Assembly (NCBI GenBank): GCA_045105515.1
Contig: JBGCDR010000090.1
Coordinates: forward strand, 1-13,588
Direction: 5' to 3'
DNA length: 13,588 nucleotides
Origin: Oligoflexales bacterium
Lineage (GTDB): Bacteria; Bdellovibrionota_B; Oligoflexia; Oligoflexales; Bog-1112
The position numbers and the translations under genes were made by a program. Shown in pieces: positions 5,610-13,588 of the stretch. The first letter of the stretch is position 1; every line of letters starts with the position of its first letter. The notes under the pieces are model-generated. The model was not told the DNA's origin and ran no database searches. It saw only the letters and a program-made list of their open reading frames with translations.

Positions 5610-8441
5610 TTATTCAAATACTGGAATGACTACAGATTCGATTCTATCGTACCCTGAAGGTTCCGTCTGATAAGGGTTCTCTCCAAGCAGACCTAGGATA
5701 GAATAGGCAGTTGACGCAGTGTGAGGCGTATTAAAATAGCTCCAAGTTAAGCCCGTATTGCACGAAGGGTCAGTGAAGTGTGGGCAGCTAGAGCCTACTG
5801 CATCGTCGTGGGCAGGTAAACCGCCATTTCCTTCCTGAGTAAACAGTGCGGTAAGGCTATTTTCTATCAGTGTTGCTTTTGCAGAGAATCCACCATGCAT
5901 TTTTAGTGCTAGGAGCGCAGCACCAGTATTTTCTGTTTGAGTGCCATAAGCATCTGCTTTATTGGTAAACCTAACACCGTAATAGGGATTAATTCCATTA
6001 AAGTTTTCTTGTACCCAAACACCACCTTCACCATTTGCACTTTCAGGGGTCGTCAACCAGGTTAGAGATCTAGTATCATCTCCAGTGCTTCTGAATCCTG
6101 CTCCTGACATATAGCGCCAAGAAGCCATGTCAGCTGGAAACCTATCAGGTGTGTTGATAGCGGAAGAGTTGATGTCGTCAATGGTACCAATACGGTATGA
6201 ACCTACGTTGTTATCCCACATAGCTCTGACAAAATCGTCGGCAACGGTTGTGAAGTCGGTGATTCGACTAGTGCTATATCCTTGTCCTGCAGGAATATAC
6301 TGTTGCATACACTTACCTAAAGCATATAAATTAACATGGTGTTCAGCCGATGCATAACCTGCAGTATCACGACCTATAAATCTTCGAATCCCATTATTTT
6401 GTAAGCGAGTTCGATAGATATAATCTAAGATTTGATAAGCCCTATCGTAATAAGGGAGGAGATTTGCTTCGGAAGCACCGTTACCTCTGTATTGGTTAAA
6501 GTACCGGCAAAATGCGATTGCCATATAGCTGTTGTTTCCAAGGTCTTCGGCGGCAGGTTCAAGGAAGTTGGGAAATAAGGTTTTAGAAAAGACTCTTTGT
6601 GTTAAGAGCTTAATTTCCTTATTAACCGAGTTGCCATATTCCTCGGCAGACTTGTACATTCTAAGATAAGTACTTAGTATCTCACCTGCTTTGCTTGCTC
6701 GGCCTGTTACGGTGTAATAAATTGCCGTCAGACCGTTGTCGTAAACATCACTAACCCGGTGAAAGACATTGCCTGATGGGACATTATATGTATTAAGTGT
6801 ATAGTTTGTGAACGGCAAACCTGAGTCAAGAGGAATGTCTACTCCATTGGAATGGTAATGAGTCTGTACTTTCTTTTGAGATTCAAAGAAAGCATCGGCC
6901 TTTTGAACATAAGAATAGTAAGGTGAACTAGTAATAGATCCAGACCCTCCTTGTCCACCACCACTACTTCCATCAACCGCGATTACTTCGATTTGATCGA
7001 GGTTCGGGCCACCGCTAAGGTTTGAAGAATTAATCTTTATTGAGCTAATAGGTTCAGAAACAGTAAATTCATCTGTGGTTTCAGTGACCCAATTAGCCCA
7101 AGTTCTAGGTGCCTGCGAAGTATCATATCTGAACTGGATTACGATTCCAGTATCGTTACCGTTGACAATTAATTTGGAACGTCGATGTGCATTGTTTCCG
7201 TAGCGAACTTTAATTTTATAAGTTCCTGCTTCATAATTAAGACCATTCCATGTGACGCTAGCATTATAGCCGCGATAATCGACAAAACCACCATTAGAAT
7301 TCCCATAAGGATTCTGAGCAGCAGCCTTTACCAGGGTAGTATTATCTTCTGCCTGTAAAACACTAGGGCTTTGTGAGGGTGGAGGTTCTTGACCACCAAT
7401 CCTAACGAATTCAATCTTGTCTAAATTTGGGCCTCCACTGTAGCCATTCGCATCGATGCTAATCGTATTGATACTGTTATTAAAAGTAATGGTCTGGGTC
7501 TCAGAAACCCAGACTGCCCAATTAGCCTGACCTTGAACTGCAAGAGGAAATTGTGTCACCTCATTTCCATTAAGTTTCAAAGCCACGCGCCGAGGGGATC
7601 CGTTCCCATAATGAACTGTTGCCTGATACTCACCTGCAGGAAGGTTAACATTCCAAGTGACGCTGCCAGTAGAGTTATGAAAATCTACAAAACCAGAACC
7701 AGTACCACCATGATTAGTTGCAATACTAGCAGCATTTAGAGTTCCTTCTTCTGCTTGATATTCATCATCACCACTTGGAGGAGGTGGTGGTGGAGGATTC
7801 GCACCACTTAAGCTTAAGTCTTGCAGTGAACCGTCAGTATAAAGGTCTGCAATAGTGGAACCTTTACCCCCGCCGCACATATATTCAAGCGATACGCTAT
7901 TCGAACCAGAGTATGGCAAACTTGCGAATGGGCTCCAACTGCCGTTTACTTTTGATGATACAGTGGCGGTATTCGAGTTTAAATCTACCTTGACCTCCAT
8001 CGTATCTGCAGGGAAGTCTCTGTGTGCTAAAAGTCCATTTACTCCAGCCTTCAACTGGCGGAGAGAGCCGTATTCGAAAGTATACATTTCAAGTGTATGC
8101 GTCCCACTTTTGACTTTAAAAACCTGTGCATTTCCTGATGCACTTCTATCAATTGTAATTTTAAATTCAAGAGATTTATTATTGAGGTCATAGCTGTTAA
8201 TGCTTCTAATGCCATCATTGCTGTTGTTAGCACATTCCAGGCTACTAACAGAAGATGTTAAGGTGCTGCCATTACCGATTGACTCAAAGTGAGTTCCTGC
8301 TAAATCGAAACCAGATTCCTGTGAATCGACGATTGCGTTTTTCTCATCAATCTTGTGAACTTCCTGTGGGTCTACGGTAACACCGCAGGCAGTGGTAAAT
8401 AAAGTTGCACCGATACTTAGAATTATTTTCGAAATTTTCAT
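5610..8441 (-). CDS. Multidomain lipoprotein: beta-rich N-domain, two CBM6/CBM35-like modules, putative six-hairpin glycosidase-like domain
   Basis: Start ATG 8441 (MKISK...LFTTAC lipobox). Poly-Pro linkers. Two repeats YQAEEG...GSGFVDF...YGNG...W..W...GGPNLDKIE and LQAED...GGFVDY...YGNN...W..W...GGPNLDQIE are typical of CBM6/35. A Gly/Ser linker precedes the C-terminal domain, which is paralogous to the neighbouring gene. Confidence 0.75.
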   Translation of the reverse strand: MKISKIILSIGATLFTTACGVTVDPQEVHKIDEKNAIVDSQESGFDLAGTHFESIGNGSTLTSSVSSLECANNSNDGIRSINSYDLNNKSLEFKITIDRSASGNAQVFKVKSGTHTLEMYTFEYGSLRQLKAGVNGLLAHRDFPADTMEVKVDLNSNTATVSSKVNGSWSPFASLPYSGSNSVSLEYMCGGGKGSTIADLYTDGSLQDLSLSGANPPPPPPPSGDDEYQAEEGTLNAASIATNHGGTGSGFVDFHNSTGSVTWNVNLPAGEYQATVHYGNGSPRRVALKLNGNEVTQFPLAVQGQANWAVWVSETQTITFNNSINTISIDANGYSGGPNLDKIEFVRIGGQEPPPSQSPSVLQAEDNTTLVKAAAQNPYGNSNGGFVDYRGYNASVTWNGLNYEAGTYKIKVRYGNNAHRRSKLIVNGNDTGIVIQFRYDTSQAPRTWANWVTETTDEFTVSEPISSIKINSSNLSGGPNLDQIEVIAVDGSSGGGQGGSGSITSSPYYSYVQKADAFFESQKKVQTHYHSNGVDIPLDSGLPFTNYTLNTYNVPSGNVFHRVSDVYDNGLTAIYYTVTGRASKAGEILSTYLRMYKSAEEYGNSVNKEIKLLTQRVFSKTLFPNFLEPAAEDLGNNSYMAIAFCRYFNQYRGNGASEANLLPYYDRAYQILDYIYRTRLQNNGIRRFIGRDTAGYASAEHHVNLYALGKCMQQYIPAGQGYSTSRITDFTTVADDFVRAMWDNNVGSYRIGTIDDINSSAINTPDRFPADMASWRYMSGAGFRSTGDDTRSLTWLTTPESANGEGGVWVQENFNGINPYYGVRFTNKADAYGTQTENTGAALLALKMHGGFSAKATLIENSLTALFTQEGNGGLPAHDDAVGSSCPHFTDPSCNTGLTWSYFNTPHTASTAYSILGLLGENPYQTEPSGYDRIESVVIPVFE

Positions 8442-8543
8442 CCCGTCCCCGCTGAGTTTAAATTTTCTTAAGTGATTTTCCCGTAGCTTCCTATGCAAAA
8501 ACTTGCCTGAAGGTCAAGATTTGAAGATTACTTCGGGTTTCTT

Positions 8544-8564
8544 ACTATGATCGGCGATCATAGT
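8544..8564. repeat. Perfect 9-bp inverted repeat (operator or hairpin)
   Basis: ACTATGATC-ggc-GATCATAGT, followed by further Ts on the + strand; ~100 nt upstream of the 8441 start. Confidence 0.6.
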
Positions 8565-8854
8565 TTTTGAACATTAGCTGTTAGAACCAGATTCGGTAGA
8601 ATTGTTGGTATATTTAATTTTATTTAAAATCGAATAAATAACAGTAGGATAGATGAACCATTTAAACCTTCGAAAAACGACAATAGGTACAAAAATCCAT
8701 TGAGTCTGAGAGTTGATGTTTCACTCTCCATCCTCACAGAAACTTGCCTTCCTGGAACATAAGTGGTGTAGAAATAAGGACTGTAAAAACTGAACTAATT
8801 TCTAAACTCACCCTTGCTAATTGTATATCGAAAACTTCTTTTCAAGTATTAGTA

Positions 8855-8882
8855 CCATCGGCAGAAAAAAGTAAGATATTTA
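8855..8882 (-). promoter_or_regulatory. Candidate sigma28 (FliA)-type promoter
   Basis: Minus strand TAAA-N16-GCCGATGG, close to the consensus TAAA-N15-GCCGATAA and pointing toward the CBM lipoprotein gene. Confidence 0.4.
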
Positions 8883-9105
8883 AGACAATAAAAATTTACT
8901 ATTTAAGATAGATAAAACAGAACCTTAAAAGAGAATCTAAAAAACTTTTAGCTGGTTTTTTATGCTGGCTTCTTGAATAAGAGTTTGATGATCAATAGGA
9001 GATTTTTTGTGGTGACTCACCGTGGTTCAACTTGTTTTCAGACCTAAAACAGCCATGTTATGCTATACTCAGACTTAATTATCTGAAAATAGGAATTAAA
9101 ATTCC

Positions 9106-10206
9106 ATGCTGAGACGTTTATATCTTATTGGTCTGCTGCTGGGGTATGCCTATAACGCCATGGGTGTTGAACAAGAGTGGCTATTGGATTCTCCGCGTGT
9201 GTGGGGAAGAGGCAGGACTTTTGTTGCAGCACCAGATTCTGATGAAGCCAGTCGCTTTAATCCTGCTACCCTTGCCGAACCTGATATAAGTTTTCAGCTA
9301 AGGCTTTTGCAGCTCGATGGGATGATAGGTGAGAATACCATCGATACTATCAGTGACCTGGTTTCTGCAGCTGGTTCTAGTGATGCCATTGGTCTTTTGA
9401 GTAAGTTTGATAAGAAGTTTGGTGAACGCCAGTCTTTTAAGCTTCAAGGTTCTCTGTTTAGCATGCGCTTTGGCGCATTTGAGATCTCTCCGTTTGGCCT
9501 GAATAACTCTTGGTTGGAACTATCAAATCCTTCCATACCAAATATGGAATGGAAAGCTGATTCTCTTGCGGGATTAAGCATTTCCTATGGTCTAGAATTA
9601 TTTACTAGCTTCTTTATTGGCCTCACAGTACGACCCATGTACCGCTGGCATATAGCTGGCAATATCGCTTTTGTTGACATTATTGATTTTGTTGGCGCTA
9701 GTGATATCAATTTTGAAACTTTTACCCCTTTAACCAGTGGTGCCTATGTTGCCGGTGACCTAGGTATGGTGTGGAATCTATCACCTGATTTTCGTTGGGG
9801 ATTAACTTTTAGGAATATTGGAGATGCAAGCGTTACTAATGAGTTTGCCACTTCTCCTCCTGCATTAAGACAGATCGTAAGCACAGGAATCTTTTCTCGT
9901 TGGCCGGGGGATACATTTAACCTCGATTATTATCTTGATATTCACTCTCTCACTAATCGTGATGGTCTCAACCTTTTGCGTCTCGTTAATACGGGGGCCG
10001 AGCTGGGTACCTCCTATTTATCTAGAGATCATGATTTCGGCATACAAGCGGGGCTGAACGAAGGCTATTTTTGTACTGGAATGTTCGCAGACTTGCTTTT
10101 TATGCGCTTTGACCTTGTTAACTATGGGGTCGAGCTTGGGCATACTCCAGGGCAAATTCCAGAACGGCGCTGGGGTCTAAGTGCAAGATCGACTATGACA
10201 TTTTAA
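9106..10206 (+). CDS. Outer-membrane beta-barrel protein (FadL/TraF/PorV-like N-terminal motif)
   Basis: Signal peptide (..GYAYNAMG). WGRGRTFVAAPDSDEASRFNPATLA resembles the GMGGAxxAxxDDxxAxxxNPAGL plug motif. Alternating amphipathic strands (DLGMVW, WGLTFRNIG) and a C-terminal Phe. Confidence 0.7.
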   Translation: MLRRLYLIGLLLGYAYNAMGVEQEWLLDSPRVWGRGRTFVAAPDSDEASRFNPATLAEPDISFQLRLLQLDGMIGENTIDTISDLVSAAGSSDAIGLLSKFDKKFGERQSFKLQGSLFSMRFGAFEISPFGLNNSWLELSNPSIPNMEWKADSLAGLSISYGLELFTSFFIGLTVRPMYRWHIAGNIAFVDIIDFVGASDINFETFTPLTSGAYVAGDLGMVWNLSPDFRWGLTFRNIGDASVTNEFATSPPALRQIVSTGIFSRWPGDTFNLDYYLDIHSLTNRDGLNLLRLVNTGAELGTSYLSRDHDFGIQAGLNEGYFCTGMFADLLFMRFDLVNYGVELGHTPGQIPERRWGLSARSTMTF

Positions 10207-10217
10207 GGGCTTCTACT

Positions 10218-11138
10218 ATGTTAAAGATCTTTGCAGTTTTTCTGGTCGCAGGGTTTGCAATGGCATCTTTGAACTCTTGCGGGATGAATTTCTTTGAACC
10301 TATTGCATCTTCAGATTCGGATCATTATCACATGGAGCAGGCGCGCATCTATGTAGATCAAAAAAAGTATGCTGATGCTGAGGCTTCGCTTGCAAAAGTA
10401 GAAGGTAACTCCAATGAAAAGACCCTCCTGCTTGTTGGCAGTAAGCTTGGCAATGTTGGCTTGAGCCTTTGGGAGATATTACTAGATGTTGTTGATTCCC
10501 TGACGAATAGCTCTAGTAGCAGTAGCTCAGGAATGGAACAGGTTTTTAATGTTTTTTCTGATACTTTGTTTGGCACTGGTGATGAGCGTGATGACAAACT
10601 TGAAGCGATTAATGAAAGCATCGCTCTAATTCGCAGTGCCCCGGAGCAAGACTCCAAGATGGAAGCTTTTCGCTGTTTTTTATCAGGGATCTATGTATTA
10701 CCTATCGTTAATGATGGAACTTCGGCAATGGTAAACGTGACCACTGCCCTAAATAGCCTAGAGTCTTCTGTAAGTGGTGATGGAAGCAACGGAGATCAGT
10801 GTCCCGGCTTGGATGCTTTTCAGGCAGCTATGAGTGGGCTCGAGACAGTGAGAAATGGCTTAGATTTTATCATCCAACAAACGGCTGACTGTGAGCTTTT
10901 ATCCTTTTTATCTGAGTCGGGAGACTTAAATGCAATCTCAGAGCGCCTGAGAAAATTTGTAGAAGCCGCCGATCAAGGTTGCCCAACCATTACTTGTAAT
11001 AATGATGCTCTTTGTGAAGCTCTTCAATTAGGTTGCGTAGCAGACCTTTTGGATACCAGTTCTGCAGTTGCAGGTGATGGCATAGTAGATCAGTGCGAAC
11101 TTGTTTATAACTGTACGACCGCAGGTACCTGCTTCTAA
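10218..11138 (+). CDS. Cys-rich, mostly helical lipoprotein with a TPR-like motif; probably co-transcribed with the barrel gene
   Basis: Lipobox LNSC; HMEQARIYVDQKKYADAEASL is TPR-like; 10 further Cys; starts 11 nt after the barrel stop. Confidence 0.7.
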   Translation: MLKIFAVFLVAGFAMASLNSCGMNFFEPIASSDSDHYHMEQARIYVDQKKYADAEASLAKVEGNSNEKTLLLVGSKLGNVGLSLWEILLDVVDSLTNSSSSSSSGMEQVFNVFSDTLFGTGDERDDKLEAINESIALIRSAPEQDSKMEAFRCFLSGIYVLPIVNDGTSAMVNVTTALNSLESSVSGDGSNGDQCPGLDAFQAAMSGLETVRNGLDFIIQQTADCELLSFLSESGDLNAISERLRKFVEAADQGCPTITCNNDALCEALQLGCVADLLDTSSAVAGDGIVDQCELVYNCTTAGTCF

Positions 11139-11284
11139 AACTTCTTTATCCTTCCTCGGTTTTCCTGAATCGGTCAAATACCATCATAACATAATGAAAT
11201 TATTAAATATTAATAGCATTTGGTTGCCTTTGAGTTAAAAGTGGGTAGCTTAGGTTCCATCGATATTCCCTAATGGAGGAGCTA

Positions 11285-12616
11285 ATGCTCGGGCTTGAAA
11301 TTGCTGTGGTTTTGTCTGCAATCTTCCTAGGTGCACGTCTTGGAGGAATTGGTCTAGGGGTGATGGGGGGACTGGGCCTAGCTGTTTTGACTATATTTTT
11401 TCACTTGAAGCCTACCCAGCCACCTATCGATGTACTGTTAATGATTACTGCGGTAGTGACTGCAACCTCAGCTCTACAGACTGCTGGAGGACTTGACTAT
11501 CTTGTAAAACTGGCTGAACGATTTTTAAGAAACAAGCCGGAGAGAATCACTTTTTATGGACCTTTTGTGTCCTACTTTTTTACCTTTGTTGCAGGTACAG
11601 GGCATGTAGCATATTCCATTCTTCCTATTATCGCCGAGGTAGCGAGGGAAACTGGAGTACGACCTGAGCGCCCTTTATCTGTTTCAGTCATAGCCTCACA
11701 GCATGCGATTACTGCTAGCCCAATATCAGCAGCAACTGTTGCTCTCCTTGGCTTAACTGCCGACAAGGGTATTGAATTGATTCATATTCTTGGCGTATGC
11801 GTCCCTTCTACTCTGAGCGGAGTTTTTTGTGCTGCTTTTCTTATGCGAAAATATGGCAAAGAACTTCATGAAGTAAGTGCGGACAGCACTAATTCCACTG
11901 AAATTCTCAAGACTCAAGGAAGGGTGCCGGTATATCGTAGCGCAAAGGATGATGTTATGGCGAAAAAAAGGGCAAAGCTTGCCGTATTTATATTTATAGC
12001 TGCAGTGGTAATGATCGTTGCCTGTGGGAGTTCTCCATCTTTGCGGCCAGCTTGGCAAGAAAATGGTGTGATGCATGCTTTGAATATGCCTATTCTAATT
12101 GAGATTATCATGCTTTCTGCAGCGGCACTGATTCTACTATTTGGCAAGGTTAACGTCGCTAAGGTTCCCGAAGGAACTGTATTTAAAGCTGGAATGCAGG
12201 CTGTTATTGCAATATTTGGGATTGCATGGATGGGTGATACTTTTTTTGTTAGCCATGGTGAAAGTATAAGTGGGGCTATAAAAGATATGGTGCTTATGGC
12301 TCCGTGGAGTTTTGCATTAGCTCTTTTTGTCTTTTCTATTTTCCTTTTCAGCCAGGCGGCAACTGTTCGCTCTTTAGTACCTTTGGGAGTGCAGTTAGGA
12401 ATTCCAGCCCCTTTCCTGATTGCAATGTTCCCTGCTGTAAATGGTTATTTCTTTATACCTAATTACCCAACGGTCGTCGCAGCGATTGGTTTTGACCAAA
12501 CGGGGACTACTCGTATAGGAAGGTATGTTTTGAACCACAGCTTTATGTTGCCTGGTCTTGTGACCGCTGTGGTGTCTGTTGGAATGGGCTTTCTAATAAG
12601 CTATCTTTTTCTGTGA
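11285..12616 (+). CDS. Anaerobic C4-dicarboxylate transporter, DcuA/DcuB family
   Basis: IFLGARLGGIGLG, AGGLDYLV, AGTGHVAYSILPIIAEVA, RPERPLS, ITASPISAA, AIFGIAWMGDTF, SQAAT, FPAVNGYFFIPNYPT, DQTGTTRIGRYVLNHSFMLPG. Start ATG 11285 favoured by SD GGAGG (11275-11279); 11273 is the alternative. DcuA versus DcuB is not resolved. Confidence 0.93.
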   Translation: MLGLEIAVVLSAIFLGARLGGIGLGVMGGLGLAVLTIFFHLKPTQPPIDVLLMITAVVTATSALQTAGGLDYLVKLAERFLRNKPERITFYGPFVSYFFTFVAGTGHVAYSILPIIAEVARETGVRPERPLSVSVIASQHAITASPISAATVALLGLTADKGIELIHILGVCVPSTLSGVFCAAFLMRKYGKELHEVSADSTNSTEILKTQGRVPVYRSAKDDVMAKKRAKLAVFIFIAAVVMIVACGSSPSLRPAWQENGVMHALNMPILIEIIMLSAAALILLFGKVNVAKVPEGTVFKAGMQAVIAIFGIAWMGDTFFVSHGESISGAIKDMVLMAPWSFALALFVFSIFLFSQAATVRSLVPLGVQLGIPAPFLIAMFPAVNGYFFIPNYPTVVAAIGFDQTGTTRIGRYVLNHSFMLPGLVTAVVSVGMGFLISYLFL

Positions 12617-13088
12617 TTTTTATACCTTCATGTTGTAGAAGCCAACGTTTAATCCCTAGACCCCCTCCATAACCAACTAGCTGACCATTACTGCCAACTA
12701 CCCTATGGCAAGGTATGATTATAGGCAATGGGTTGCGGTTGTTTGCCATTCCTACTGCTCTGCTAGCTTTTGGGTTTTTGCAAGACTTTGCAATGTCGCC
12801 ATACGAGCAACTCTGACCCCACGGGATTCTGCGAAGATGTTGCCATACTTTTTGCTGAAAATCTGTTCCTTCAGGAGCTAAAGGGAGATTGAAGTGTCTA
12901 GTTTTCCCCTGAAAATATGCTTCAAGCTGAGCGAGGGTAAGGTCTATACAACTATTACTTTGCTTAGGCATTTTAGGAGGCTTGCGATTTCCACAAAAAT
13001 CAAGCCCTCTTAAACCGTCACGATCCGCATGTACTAGAATCCAGCCTATTGGAGTGATGATAGAACCTGCCGATATACTTCCTCTCAT
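12543..13088 (-). CDS. ogt: Methylated-DNA--protein-cysteine methyltransferase
   Basis: TPIG, QLEAYFQG..HF.LPL, GTDFQQKVW..L..IPWG...SYG.IA, RAVG.AN..NP, active site IIPCHRVV, GYGGGL..KRWLL.HE. Confidence 0.95.
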   Translation of the reverse strand: MRGSISAGSIITPIGWILVHADRDGLRGLDFCGNRKPPKMPKQSNSCIDLTLAQLEAYFQGKTRHFNLPLAPEGTDFQQKVWQHLRRIPWGQSCSYGDIAKSCKNPKASRAVGMANNRNPLPIIIPCHRVVGSNGQLVGYGGGLGIKRWLLQHEGIKITEKDSLLESPFQQTPQRSQDQAT

Positions 13089-13441
13089 ATATTTTCTTCC
13101 ATTTGTATTTTTCGATCGTTTTAATCAATTCAGCGATGTTAACACCGCCGATAAACCTTTTGCAAATTATAATTTCTTGCAAAAAAAACTCTAGGGTCAG
13201 GCCTCTTTTCCAGTCACTGTCCAGCTTTTGAGCGTATTTGACATGCCCCCTTGAACTACTAGCGGAAATTAACTCTGAGTTTCGATAGCTTACCGCCGTA
13301 AAAATTGGTTTTTTTTGTTTGACAGCCAGGCATGTATCACATAAAAACCCTTTCATCCCAACGATGAGTTGGAAACAAGAAGCTCTTTGAAAACTGAATA
13401 GCATTGAAAAGAATTAAGAAAAACCCTGTCAAAAACGGAGA

Positions 13442-13578
13442 GTTGGCTAAGGTTGTGAAGCCTTAGCAACATAAAGTCTTTGACTTTCTTATAGTAAATT
13501 AAGTCGCTTCGAGAGCGGTCATTGCGATCGCAATTGTCACCCGAATGTTACGTAGACGTCATCTCGACTAAGCGTAGC
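13442..13578 (+). other. Hairpin-rich non-coding segment, possible structured 5' leader or ncRNA
   Basis: Stem-loop 13442-13470 with GUGA (GNRA) loop. Further stems at 13473-13487, 13505-13517 and 13547-13578, and a perfect palindrome at 13521-13534. No family recognised. Confidence 0.35.
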
Positions 13579-13588
13579 AAGTGGAGAG

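Noticed and set aside
8493..8508. Sigma54-like AGGCAAGTTTTTGCAT on the minus strand
   Set aside because: GG-to-GC spacing is 9 nt rather than the required 10. It would fit only if the T run has lost a base, which cannot be shown here.
8624..8731. 35-codon minus-strand ORF (MESETSTLRL...) in the long intergenic region
   Set aside because: No properly spaced SD and no recognisable features.
8985..8995. TTGATGATCAA as an FNR box
   Set aside because: The half-sites are 1 nt apart, not 4, and the site is far from dcu.
9106..10206. Conjugative element implied by the TraF-like barrel
   Set aside because: No relaxase, T4SS, integrase or att-like repeats are in the window; such barrels also occur outside conjugation systems.
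111..13194. Short antisense or alternate-frame ORFs in the track (e.g. 111..347, 1832..2089, 5082..5450, 7855..8193, 10358..10657, 11753..12076, 12982..13194)
   Set aside because: They lie within or overlap well-supported genes and have no independent motifs; they are shadow ORFs.
13018..13404. 128-aa minus-strand ORF upstream of ogt
   Set aside because: No recognisable motif or SD, and it overlaps ogt by 71 nt in another frame. Treated as spurious, though a small or frameshifted gene cannot be excluded.

Overview
Bacterial, AT-rich chromosomal window with no mobile element, CRISPR array or rRNA/tRNA gene visible. Left (1-3750): a divergent NrtR-family regulator, an NrtR-type GT-N7-AC operator, and an unusual minus-strand operon. 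The operon encodes an adenine phosphoribosyltransferase and a PRPP synthetase-like protein with a duplicated N-terminal domain and a C-terminal Ppx/GppA (ASKHA) domain. Both proteins begin with signal-peptide-like sequences, although these enzymes are normally cytoplasmic. The operon is broken by two clear and one probable -1 frame breaks, most likely homopolymer sequencing errors. Middle (3782-8441): two tandem paralogous lipoproteins share an unassigned, probably (alpha/alpha)6 glycoside-hydrolase-like domain; one also carries two CBM6/35-like modules. Right: an outer-membrane beta-barrel plus Cys-rich lipoprotein pair, a DcuA/B transporter, a convergent overlapping ogt, and a hairpin-rich non-coding segment at the window end. 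The best candidate for an undescribed system is the NrtR-controlled, apparently exported APRT + PRS-Ppx/GppA module. All family calls come from motif recognition by eye; no searches were run.
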